DNA from: Nitrosopumilaceae archaeon
GTDB lineage: Archaea > Thermoproteota > Nitrososphaeria > Nitrososphaerales > Nitrosopumilaceae
Direction: 5' to 3'
Length of the DNA: 64,000 nt
NCBI GenBank assembly: GCA_965207375.1
Contig: CBDBMG010000003.1
Span: forward strand, 128,001 to 192,000
Of this stretch, positions 27,990 to 39,902 are shown piece after piece (positions within the stretch are counted from its first letter, which is position 1; every line of letters starts with the position of its first letter). Both the position numbers and the translations under genes were made by a program. The notes under the pieces were generated by a model, which was not told the origin of the DNA, did not search any database, and saw nothing but the letters and a program-made list of their open reading frames with translations.

Positions 27990-29470
27990 CTATCATCTGA
28001 GAATCATCAGCATACTGAAGTAATTATATAAATCACAACTGTGATACAAAATTTGAGCTGAAAGATGACGAATACATATTAAACAATATAGGGGACCAAA
28101 TGCCACCCTGAGGAACTCCTGCAGTGAATGGCCACTGGGATGAGGTGTCTTCATGAGCAACAACATACAAGCTTCTGTCACAGACTCACAGATATACGTA
28201 TGAATGCAGCGAACAATAAGCCTTACCCCTTATTCTCATACTCCAGAGGTGTTGTAATAATCCACCCCGCCAAACACTATCAAATGCTCCATGAATGTCC
28301 AAGGACACAATTCGACATGCTCTAAAGCCTGTATAATGCTAAAGCAGCTCCACAATATTGAGCCCCAGTGCCTTCATTATTATTGTTGGTGATTTTAATG
28401 TTCACGAACGTGGATGGTTAGGCAGTCCCTTCTGCTGGTGCTGCTGTTCGTGGGTTCTGTGAACTGTATAGACTTTCCCAGTTAGTTGAGTATTGGATCT
28501 GGCGATCAGTGAATATACTGGAACTGTTTCCTATCATCCATATTTGGGGGCTAGTGATCATAAATTATTGCTATTTTAATGTGAAATTTACATATGCCAT
28601 CTCCATTACCTTCTAGAAGGGTACGTATATCATTGGAACTCTGCTCCATGGAATCATATCCATGGTTACTTTCATCGAGCCCAATGGGACATGTTGAAGT
28701 CTGAGCCTATCTCTGATGTTGTTGATGCCCTTGTTAAAATTCTTAAAGAAGTTCGTGATCATTAGGTGTCCTCCACCGTATCTATTGTTAAACATCCAAC
28801 TGTATGCTGGAATTGTTTTTGCCAACGTGCCTACAAACAAAAACTGCAGGCTAGGCATGATTAGCCAGCTTATTGTAAGTACTTCTGTGATTCCAGCTAA
28901 GCGGGCCCAAGCTATTGCCCTTCATCATCATCGAAGATCTCTTCTCACTAAACTGCAATCAGGAACTAATGATCGTATATGGTGGAATCTTACTAAGAAT
29001 ATTAGCGGACTATGTAAATCTGATTTGCCCCTGATGTTGACAGTCTTGCTTCTTATTTTGTGAGCAAGGCATCACTGTCTGCTGATTTAGATCCTACTTT
29101 GTCTACTATGTGTCTAATGTAACTTGCAAAATATCTTGGTGGGTGAAACTTTCTAAGGTACGCAGTGTGTTAAGTTCTCTTGATGTGAAGAAAGCTTCAG
29201 ATGGTGTTTAATATTTTGAAGTACTGTTGTGATAAACTTTGTTATTCAGTGTATTTATTGTTTCATTGTGTGTGTAGAGCTGGGGAGTTTCCACTTGCAT
29301 GAAAGGTCTCTCATATCACCCCTGTTTACTAATGTAAAGGCTCTGTCACTGACCCACGATTTTGTCGCCCGATCACTGTGCTCCCTACATTGGCCATGGT
29401 TATCGAGCGAGTTATTTACTCACAATTATATCGACACATTTCCCCCTACATTTTATCCACTCGGTTTGGG
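27990..29470. mobile_element. Highly degenerate LINE fragments in opposite orientations
   Basis: Minus strand 27990-28185: AGVPQGGIWSPILFN and QYADD RT motifs. Plus strand 28310-29470: APE motifs IIVGDFNVH and LGASDH, then RIWWNLTK and an N-terminal RT remnant. Confidence 0.7.
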
Positions 29471-29989
29471 TTTATTATCAATTAGAGTCATATCAAACAC
29501 ACTGGATTGTCGATGTAATTTATGGACAAAATCATTGTTTCTTGATAAAGTACATCTGAGGTCCCAGACATATAATACATCTCACAATCAACAGAATTCA
29601 TCAGTAAATTATCTCTATGCAATAATAGAACTCCACCGCCGTGGCGAGAGTGGTCATGACGAGCATCAGTGACATACGTATTCCACATCTGCAATGGTTC
29701 ACTGACAAGAGAGGTGCGATAAAGTCTGGGAGCAACAGCAGCAAGCTGGTACTCAGTTAATTCAGGGAATCCCTGATGATATCCTCAAATATTAGAAAGA
29801 TAAGCATTAAGCGTAGCTATTGCACTACACAGTAGAACGCACTGTAAATGTCCTCTGAAATGAAACTGGCTCATTCGGACCTTCTGACAATAGAATAGCT
29901 GGAGTCAGCACCGGGTTCAAAGTTTAAAGAGAGGAAAATAACATGCCACTCATGTCATGTGTTACGTGTTCGTCTGTAGATTTCTAAAA

Positions 29990-30303
29990 TGGCACGTGTG
30001 TGTGCTGTTTTGACCTTTGCAGCACATGTATGTGCTGGTAGGACCTTTGCGGCACGTGTGTGCGCTGGTATGACCCTTGCAGCACGTGTGTGTGCTGGTA
30101 TGACCTTTACAGCACGTGTGTGTGTGCTGGTATGACCTTTGCAGCACGTGTGTGTGCTGGTAGGACCTTAGTGGTATGTGTGTGTGTGTGCTGTTTTGAC
30201 TTTTGCAGCACGTGTGTGTGCTGATAGGACCTTTGCAGCATGTGCGTGTGCTGGTATAACCTTTGCAGCATGCTGGTATGACCTTTGTGGCCATGTGTGT
30301 GCT
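29990..30303. repeat. 30-bp minisatellite, ~10 copies (GCACGTGTGTGTGCTGGTATGACCTTTGCA)
   Basis: Directly visible period of ~30 with a variable (GT)n tract. Confidence 0.9.
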
Positions 30304-30710
30304 GCCCAGAGAATAATACTTAATTTGTTTTAATGCCCCCGCCCCTTAACAATTTCCTCGGTTGCCCTGTATCACCCAAAATACTGGTTTAGTAAGTGTT
30401 ATAGATGGTATGTATATATGCTATGTGTGCGCGGTGTGGTGGCTGGGTGGCTCATTACCTCACGTAACTGCGTGAGAAAAAGTACATTGTTTAGGTCAAT
30501 GACTTGTGTAATTGTGCATGGACAGTAATCATTGTTTTTCAGCATGTAAATGACTTTAATTTGCCTTGGACTCATGCAGCTATATACGTAATAACTAAGA
30601 TATCATACTCATAATAGTGATATAACTAATACGTATAGCATGTTATGGTTTCGTCAGGTTAAACAAAGAAAACTGGAGAGGATTTTGAATTCTGCAGACG
30701 AAGAAGAAGG

Positions 30711-30909
30711 TACCGTATAGCGCAAAACTTTGGCGGAGGAAAACTTTGGCAAATTCTTGAAACTCGCCAAAATTTAACCCTCCAATTTTTAAAAATATAA
30801 TTATTTAAAAGGATTGGAGGATTTGATTCGCCAAAGTTTTACTCGCCAAAATACTGCAGGAGCAAATTCGCCAAAGTTTTCCTCCGCCAAAGTTTCACGC
30901 TATACGGTA
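30711..30909. mobile_element. Tc1/mariner-type MITE (TA-CCGTATAG TIRs)
   Basis: TACCGTATAGCGCAAAACTTTGGCGGAGGAAAACTTTGGC is mirrored by GCCAAAGTTTTCCTCCGCCAAAGTTTCACGCTATACGGTA. Confidence 0.8.
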
Positions 30910-31360
30910 TTTTACATGAGCAACAGCCACTTTATATCGACAATGATGAAGGAAAAATCAAGTGTTTTGGTGCAAGGATCTTTTTTGTGGGAGTGAATTG
31001 TTGAAGCACATCAATCAACTTGTTCACTGTTCAAGTACACAGCAAAAAATGAAAAAAGTTTTTGTACGACAAGGCGGAGGTCAACGTGATCTTAGGGAAT
31101 ATAATTATGTTACCTGACCTTAATTTTGATCTGTAGCTAACTAGCTATGTTATGTATCATTATGCAGTTAGTTATACATGCACAGTAGCTGTAGTATTTT
31201 ACATGCATGCTATTATTGTATGTACATATAGTGCAAGTTCATGATAAAAGTGAAATCTCATTACTATCCATCAGTAAAAAAGAATCTGATAAGTGCTTTG
31301 AAAGTATAGCAATCTTTTCTGTGCTCATAACATCATTTATGATCGCCATTTGCTTTGTAG

Positions 31361-32445
31361 ATGATATCCTATGCCACAATCAAACATCTACTAAACTTAT
31401 CCAGATGGATTCACAAAATCATAGAAATTTGTATTAAGAAGAAACTGCAAAAATTACAAGCTGGTAAAAGGCAAGCTGTATTACAAGAATCAAAACCCAG
31501 ATGGAACCTTGATTGACTAAGAAATGAAACAGACAGGGTTTTCTTGAATGTCACCTCACTGCAGGAGGGGGGATGCTACCATTGGGAAAGTAAAAGAGCG
31601 ATATTATTGGCCAAATTGAAATTGACCAAAAGTATATACGTACGTATAAATAGCTACTTTTATCTTGACTATATACATAGATTGGTTATAGCTCTCTAAA
31701 CCATATACGTACATGCAGCTAACTATTATATAGTGCTACATGCATGGGCTGTCACTATTCACTGGACTGGATTCTAACCTCTAATTCACTGGACTGCTCT
31801 CTAAACCATTGGATTCTAATTGTATATTATAGCTAGTTAACTATATGTTTATGTAGCTATGGCCAACTTAATATTTCTGCATGTCTGCATATCATTACAG
31901 CATAACTCTATGTAGCTACAGCTATAGCTAGCCATAGCTGTAGCTGTATACGTAGGTTATAGACCTTGAAAAGCAAAGTTTTGGGTTTTACGATTCATTG
32001 GGCCCAAGGGCATTTCGTTATGTGCAAGGAGTTTTTACTGCTGTAATGTAAGTTGTATACTATATACGTAGCTAGCTATATAGTCAGATAGTTCATTGTG
32101 AGCTGATATTAATTATAAGTAGGAGATACTTGAAGAAGTGGAATGAAATATGCAATGATGATATAAATCAAGTTGATGTGACAGAATTGAATAAACGGCT
32201 TCAGAATGCATATGATGGTCACAATTGTGGAGTTTTTTGTTTGAAGGTATGTACATGTGCAGCCGTAGCTAATAGCTGCATGTACTAGCTACATATAGCT
32301 AGCTAATCATGTATGTATCATCCATCTAATACCAACCCAGATAGCCAAGCAGTTGTTAAGAGATGGGATCATCAATGAACTTGCAATCAAGCATACTCAG
32401 GACTTTAAAAAGGCAAGACCAGAGATCGGGCTCTCCTTAGTCCTT
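31361..32445 (+). pseudogene. Ginger1-like transposase remnant: integrase N-terminus/zinc-binding region plus spliced Ulp1 (C48) protease exons
   Basis: 31361-31631: YPDGFTK..K..LRRNCKNYKLVKGKLYY, FLECH, DATIGKVKERYYWP. Later exons: 31956- (VIDLEKQSFGFYDSLG), 32123-32246 (LQNAYDGHNCGVFCLK) and 32341-. The integrase core is absent. Confidence 0.65.
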
Positions 32446-34450
32446 ACTTAAACATTGCGGTACAAATTTATACAATAGCTATATAGTTAACAATTTTTAG
32501 TTGATATATATGACTGAAAGATGCGATTTGTGTGGTGGTATCAGTACTCTATGGCCTATTTGAAGCTGTTGCTCTGACCTGACTGACTGACTGACTTTAC
32601 ATAAGCGCTAAAAAGTCACATGAAATTCATGTGATTAATATTACGAAGAATTGGTGACAAGCACCTGTTTTCATGGAAAATCTGTTGTTTATCTGTATGC
32701 AATTTTGTGCTGTGAGTGGACAGATACATTTGAAACTGTTACTGTATTGCAACCTTAAAAATTTGAATTTAAATGTGGATGCAGTGCTGCATTCCTTTGT
32801 GATGAGTCATTGTTCATGTGACTTACCTGTGATGCAATTGTATTTTTTATCAAAGCAGTACGTATAGTAACAGACATATGGTGCCTGATTTTAGAAGGTA
32901 AAACTTTAGCATTGCTAATACACTGGATTATAAAGGCATTGTTATGTGATCCCAGTGATGATTCTTTGGTCTGTGACTTTCCAAAACATACAATTTTGTA
33001 CTTGTTGTTAGCTACCTTCCATTGACTGTGTTAACTATTGGTTTGTTAAATTGAAATCTCCTCTCTCTGCTATAAAATTACAAGCTGATGTTTTACCATC
33101 TACGAACCAGGCACCGTGCATAGTAAACTACGTTAAACTACTACTAACACAGTTTACATGTATGTATGAATACTACTGCTATTTTGTGATCACATGTACA
33201 TAATTTGCACAGGTCAGAGCAAAAGCAGAAGAAAATGAAAGCAACTGCTGAAAGTGTCGCTCCTAGGAAATTACGAAAAAACTGCCAGGTACCAGGAAAT
33301 TATGTAAAGGAAGCAATGTTTATGACTAGTAGCTAACTAACATTCTTTGATATGACTACGTAGTTATATTGTAACTTTGATTTTGTTGAAAAGAAATGGA
33401 AATGTGATGGTTAAAACTTCACCTTGTTATTATGGCCACAGTGAATATCAGCTGTTTGGTATCAATATTTTTGATAGAACGTCGAACTTTCCTATTTATT
33501 AACATTAAGAATACATCATAATATGACTGAATTAGTAGTATGAGTTATCTATGTTTATTCAATAAGTATAAGTTATATCATGGTCTGAGTATGATTCTTA
33601 GTTATTACATGAGTCTGAGGTGGAGCCAAGGACGGGTGTTAATGCTTCTATTCCAATAATACCACCATCTTCCAGTACTTTTGAAACTTTGATGCATACA
33701 TAGGTGCCTGATAATTTTTGCATGCCAGTTGTTAAGCAAAATACAGTTGGAAACATCATAAAATTATTTCTCTAAGCCTGCTATATGCCATAATTATAAC
33801 TCTTACAGTTAACAGGATAATACATACATACAAAAATGATTATGCTAGTTAGTAAGCATTAACCACGCATTTTGACAACTGTGCGATTATTTTTTGTGAC
33901 TTAATACTGTAAGCAGGGTTGTTTATGAGTTTCTCTTCTTAGTAACTGACTGCATAGAGGAAAGAGAAGGACAAAAGGAAACACCATGCATAGTATACTA
34001 AGTAAATGCATAGCGCACTAGTTTTAACCAGTTCTATTCTTTATCTTACCTGATATCAAAGTTTTGGTCACACATACATAGCTACATACCTATTTACAAT
34101 GCTGCTTCTGATTGGCCTTGTACTTTTTTTACAGCCAGGATGTTTTTGTTGTTTAGGATATACTTTTAAATGAAGAATAAAAAGAGACATACGTGTATAA
34201 CAAAGAGGATCCTTTCGTCTAGGGTTACTTCACCTTTGAAGATTGCTCATGGATAAGTAGTATAAATTGAATCATATAGGTGCATAATAATGACTTATTC
34301 TTTTGAATTGAAAGTCTTACACTAGATACTATTATCCATTATTAATGTTTTAAAAACAGCATGTCTTACTAAACAAGCTTTGATCACCATTGATAAAACT
34401 AAGCTCATTGGCTTGCATGTACATTTTATGATATGATTGTACTGGAAAAG

Positions 34451-37287
34451 TGTGGTATGAAAACTATGTGCCTTCTTTGGACAGTATTGATCTTCAGCCT
34501 ATGTCTAATAAACCTCACTTGGGGAGTGTTCTCTGATTCAGCTAGCAAATATACTAAGAATCTGATTTCCACATGCAAAGCTAAGCAAGGTAAAAAATTC
34601 TGGCAAATTACATAGAAAACTATAGATATTATATTTTCAGGGTCAGGGTTTCACGATATTATATTTCCACCTCTACCAAGTGAAGGAGACTTTATGCCTG
34701 CTATCATTATATGGAACCCATACTTAATATATCCGCAAATTACCCCCCAAGATCTATTAAGTGTATTGAATGTGGAGGTTCTACGTATGTACGAAGCCTA
34801 TTGGAATGATGGTGGTAGTGCTTCTAGACAACCAAGGTTACTTCATAGAGTCGAGGATATTGTTTATCTGATTAGCGCTGTTTATGTTTGTGACAATAGA
34901 CACAAACTACTATCACATGACACAGTAGTACTATCTCTATTGCAGGAGTGACAAGGCAACTGTTTAACATGTGTACATCCCTTTGTAAAAAAGGAATGAC
35001 ATTCTTTGACATGGAATCTTTCATATTAGAAAAACGGTGGGAATGTTACAATAATAAACAAAACATACTAAAAGCAACCAAAAAACCTTGTTATCCAATA
35101 ATGATGATAGTACTAAAGAAGATGGCAGTACTACTAGTGACTTTTGGAAATCACCCACTTCTAAATCCCCAAGCAATGATATTTTAGCGAAGTGCTTTTT
35201 AGCTGGATTTTTGCAGAATGAATAATTATATTTGCAAGAAATGGAAGCTATTCCTATAGGAACAAGTATTAGTTTTGATCATACTTTTAAAGTAGCTTCT
35301 AACATAGGATATCTTAGAGAAGATAAGAAATGGATTAATGTATATAATTCTTTATTTCTGGTACTAAATGATCAAGGAAAGATAGTATCTTGGCAGTTAA
35401 CAAAAGGTACAAGTTTTCAGGAAGTTGTGGCTCTATTACAAAATCTTGGAAGTAGATCAGATGAAAATTTGAGGACAGTGCATGTTGATGACTGTTGCAA
35501 ACTTCGCAACAAAATAGAAAATGTTTTTGGAAAAAATATATCTGTAAAATTGGATATATTTCATGCAGTGCAAAGAATTTCTAAAACTTTACTTAAAAGA
35601 CATCCATATAGATTACAATGCTTACAAGATTTGCGTTTGGTATTTAGATGTGATGGTGATTCTGGAGAGAAAAGACTTTCTACAACCCCCTCATCTGAAA
35701 AGATCTTACTAAGCTTTGAATAATTTTATTAAAAAGTGGTACAAAGTAGCTGATCACAATGATGTAAAATTATTTAATAGTGAGACAGATGTTGCTACTG
35801 AAAGGCTTAAGAAACACATAACATTGGGGTGTTTGTCTAATATTCCAGCAGGATGTGGAACCAATCGAAATAAAGGACTTCATCAACTCATTGGAATAGA
35901 AGTAGGATTGGAATACTTCCTTGCTTATGCCTTGTTAACTGTAATTCTACATTCAAACAATGCCACAGTAAAATTTGGAGGAAAGGTTGTAAGCAAACCA
36001 ATTACAGCCAACTCTTTATGCAAAGTTCCAACAATGAGTACAAGAACAATAGGAATTATGCCAAAGCATCAAACCATTACAAACGACACAGGATGTGATC
36101 ATTATGAGCAAACTACGTTTGAAAATAGCACAAACTTAGATTTGATAATGGCCACATTTCAAAAATGTGTTCAGAAATATCGAGTTGTTGAAGGATTACA
36201 GAAAACAAATGTGTCAAGGCTAAATGATTACATTCATGTATTTAAAGAATTCACAACTCGTATTCTAAACAAAGATGATAGCAGCTTTGTTAATCATCAT
36301 GACAATCTAAGCAAATATGGATTGACTGTTTCTCCAACAATTCCAAATGGAAATTACTTTTTCCAAGCGGTGGCTATGAATATTAAATCAAGACCTGACA
36401 GATGGATTGAATTAGGCACTACTGATCTAGAATCTTTATCTCTCAAACTGCGAGAGATATTTGTGAAGGAAGTTAGTGGAGAAAATCGTCCATTATATGA
36501 GGAATTCATTCCATTACTTAATGATTATACTACAGATGCACACAAGTTTCTGCAAAATGGATTCTTTGACAATGCATTTGGTGACTTGATGCCCTTAGCT
36601 ATAGCAACAGCGCTAAAAGCATCCATCATAATTATTATCTCTGGATGTTAATATCATCCCACATATGTAACTCCTCTAGTTGGTCAACCAATTGATATGA
36701 TGTTCTTACTATATAACCCTACAGGATCAGGTCATTATGATGCAATAATACCTTATATTTACACAGTGAAGGATTCCAAAGCAAGCAGCAAGTCACACAA
36801 AGAGCACAGCTCTTGCAGATGTGGGATTAATGGTAATAATTCAGGAAAATCCTGTACTCCAAACCAATCTTATGCTACTAGATGTAAGTGTTATTTAAGT
36901 AGCACTACATGTAGTACATATTGTCACTGCAAAAATTGTAACAATCCATATGGTCAAAAGCCAGTTACATCAATCGAAGGCAAGAGAAAAAGGCATGCTC
37001 TCTCATTACAAATAGAAATTCCATCAAGCAAGAAATTTGCAGTGGAAAGAGGAGAAGTATTATCTGTAAACATTTGGTCAACATTTGAAACAATTGTGCT
37101 AAGTGAACTACAGAATATCGAGGAGACAGAGGATTTAGATACTTTTCAACTGTACAATGAAATTATCAGTTATTCACAATCAAATTTTTGCACATTGCCT
37201 TTAGAGGATGAAGTTGTGCTTAGATATAAAACAGCTACCCAGATTGCTTCAAAATTAAAACACATGTTTGAACATGCAACAATATAG
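34451..37287 (+). pseudogene. Frameshifted large transposase-like gene: MULE-like DDE region, OTU-like protease, CXC Cys-rich domain
   Basis: Consecutive ORFs with IIIWNP, SISFDHTFK, VHVDDCC, VKLDIFHAVQRI, GTNRNKGLH, then PNGNYFFQAV...GSGHYDA (OTU-like) and CRCG...C...RCKC...C...CHCKNCNNP. Confidence 0.65.
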
Positions 37288-37579
37288 CTATTTATTGTGA
37301 GAATTTTCAAGGAATTATGTAATTTATGCACCATAAAGACAATGTCACTAGAGCTGCATGATATTAGAATTTTTAATGCAGGCGCATCCCTGGTTGCTTG
37401 AAATCATTTCTGTACGGACGTCAGTAAGCGTGCATGTTTGTTCATGTGTGTCAGTATGTATGCGTGTGTGTTTGTGTATGTGCCCACCACAGGCTTCAAA
37501 AGCAATAACCAGTTTAAAAAGTTTTGAGTTCCGCTACGTTTGCCATTGAAATAGCCGGTGTGGCCTTAGTAATGAAGTG

Positions 37580-38676
37580 CATCATCAGAACCATAAGAAC
37601 TACTAGAACCACTAGAACCACTAGAATCATCAGAACCATCAGAACCATCAGAACCATCAGAACCATAAGAACTACTAGAACCACTAGAACCATCAGAACC
37701 ACTAGAACCACTAGAACCATTAGAACTACTAGAACCATAAGAACTACTAGAACCACTAGAACCATCAGAACTATCAGAAACATAAGAACTACTAAAACCA
37801 CTAGAACCACTAGAACCACTAGAACCACTAGAACCATCAGAACCATCAGAACCATAAGAACTACTAGAACCACTAGAACCATCAGAACCACTAGAACCAT
37901 AAGAACTACTAGAACCACTAGAACCATAAGAACCACTAGAATCATCAGAACTACTAGAACCATAAGAACCACTAGAACCACTAGAATCACTAGAACCACT
38001 AGAATCACTAGAACCACTAGAACCATAAAAACTACTAGAACCACTAGAACCAGTAGAACCACTACAACCATCAGAACTACTAGAACCATCAGAACCATAA
38101 GAACTACTAGAACCACTAGAACCATTAGAACCATCAGAACCATAAGAACTACTAGAACCAGTAGAACTATCAGAACCATAAGAACTACTAGAACCACTAG
38201 AACCATTAGAACCATCAGAACCATTAGAACTACTAGAACCACTAGAACCATCAGAACCATAAGAACTACTAGAACCACTAGAACCAGCAGAACCATCAGA
38301 ACCAGTAGAACCATCAGAACCACTAGAACCATCAGAACCATAAGAACTACTAGAACCATTAGAACCATTAGAACTATCAGAACCACTAGAACCATCAGAA
38401 CCATAAGAACCACTAGAACCATTAGAATCATCAGAACCATTAGAACTACTAGAACCACTAGAACCATCAGAACTACTAGAACCATTAGAACCATCAGAAC
38501 TACTAGAACCACTAGAACCATCAGAACCATAAGAACTACTAGAACCATTAGAACCATCAGAACCATAAGAACTACTGGAACCACTAGAACCATCAGAACT
38601 ATAAGAACTACTAGAACCAGTAGAACCATCAGAACCACTAGAACCATCAGAACCACTAGAACCGTTAGAACCAGTA
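37580..38676. repeat. 9-bp minisatellite (AGAACCACT/ATC/ATA/ATT variants), ~1.1 kb, with higher-order structure
   Basis: Period of 9 with no frame-breaking indel, which produces the three long low-complexity ORFs. Confidence 0.95.
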
Positions 38677-38765
38677 GAGCATTCCTCAAGCATTTAATTT
38701 AGAAATACTGCACTGGAATAAATGTTATTTACATATATTTATAATTCATATTTTGTGATTCTTAT

Positions 38766-39902
38766 ATGGGGAAACAACCGGTCAAACACTTCCACCATAG
38801 TGCCCGAGCTACTGAAGAGCTACGAAAAAGGCAAGAAAGCATGAATCAACCTAAACAAAAATTGAAAAATGACTGTAAAACACGATGGAACAGTACCTTT
38901 TACATGTGTGAATCGCTTCTTCAAAACAGATGGCCAATTTCAGCAGTTCTAGCAGATGAATCTGTGACAAGGGTAGAGCATAGAAGGCTAGATTTGACAA
39001 CCACACAGTGGGAGCTACTTGGTGATTTAGTAAAAATACTTCACCCACTAGAAATAGGAACAACATACCTGTGCTCTGAGGCAACCTCATCTCTATCGTC
39101 AATTCTTCCTGTTCTTTTTGGAATTCTCAAGCATCTGGAAGTTAAAGAAAATGATTCAACAAACATTAGAAGATTTAAGATATCTGTTGATAGTCAGATT
39201 AGAAGTATGTGGCATTTGGATGACATTGATTCTTCAGATATCAAAGTGCTTGCAACAGCTTTGGATCCTCGGTACAAAGCCCTAAAATTTCTTAATGCAG
39301 AAAAAATATCAGAAGTAAAAGCAGAATTAAGAGACCAAATACAACAGCTACAATTTGCTTGTGATACGCTAAACTCAGACTCACAAGTCTCACAAAATTC
39401 ACAACCTCCAACCAAGAAGAAAGCTCTGGATATTTTGTTTGGAAGAGAAGACCATCTGTTACATTAGAGGATGAAGTGGATTTGTATTTTTCTGAATCTG
39501 GTGCTCCTAGGAATTCTGATCCTTTAGCTTGGTGGAAAGCCAACTCTTTACGTTATCCTCGTCTCAGTCAGCTTGTAAAACTTCTTTCTGCTATCCCAGC
39601 AACTTCCACAAGCAGTGAAAGGTTGTTTTCAGTAGCAGGGTTAACTGTCACTAGACTTCGCAGCAGTTTGAGCAGGGAGAATGTAAATGCATTAATTTTT
39701 CTCCATAACAATTACTGTTTAATAACATAATTTAAAAATATCATAATATTGCTTTGAGTCAAGTACTATTAAATATGCTGTAATTTTGTTTTACAGATCA
39801 ATTTGTAACTATTATGCACAATGATTTTTTAAGTTCAAAAGATTCGTGAACTTTAACTAATGAATGTTCGAACCCTGGTAATCCAAATTCGTTTGGGCCC
39901 TA
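38766..39902 (+). mobile_element. 3' half of a hAT (Ac/ZBED-like) transposon: transposase C-terminus and right TIR
   Basis: DCKTRWNSTF, ATALDPRYK, frameshift near 39445, then dimerisation domain PLAWWK...YPRLS...IPATSTSSERLFS.AG. Ends ATTCGTTTGGGCCCTA, a TAGGG-type terminus. Confidence 0.85.

Noticed and set aside
29962..30294. Cys/His-rich ORF (THTCCKGHTS)n
   Set aside because: A product of a 30-bp minisatellite with a variable GT tract. No splice or homology support.
37514..38702. Long Val/Leu/Met and Arg/Thr/Ile ORFs
   Set aside because: Alternate frames of the 9-bp satellite.
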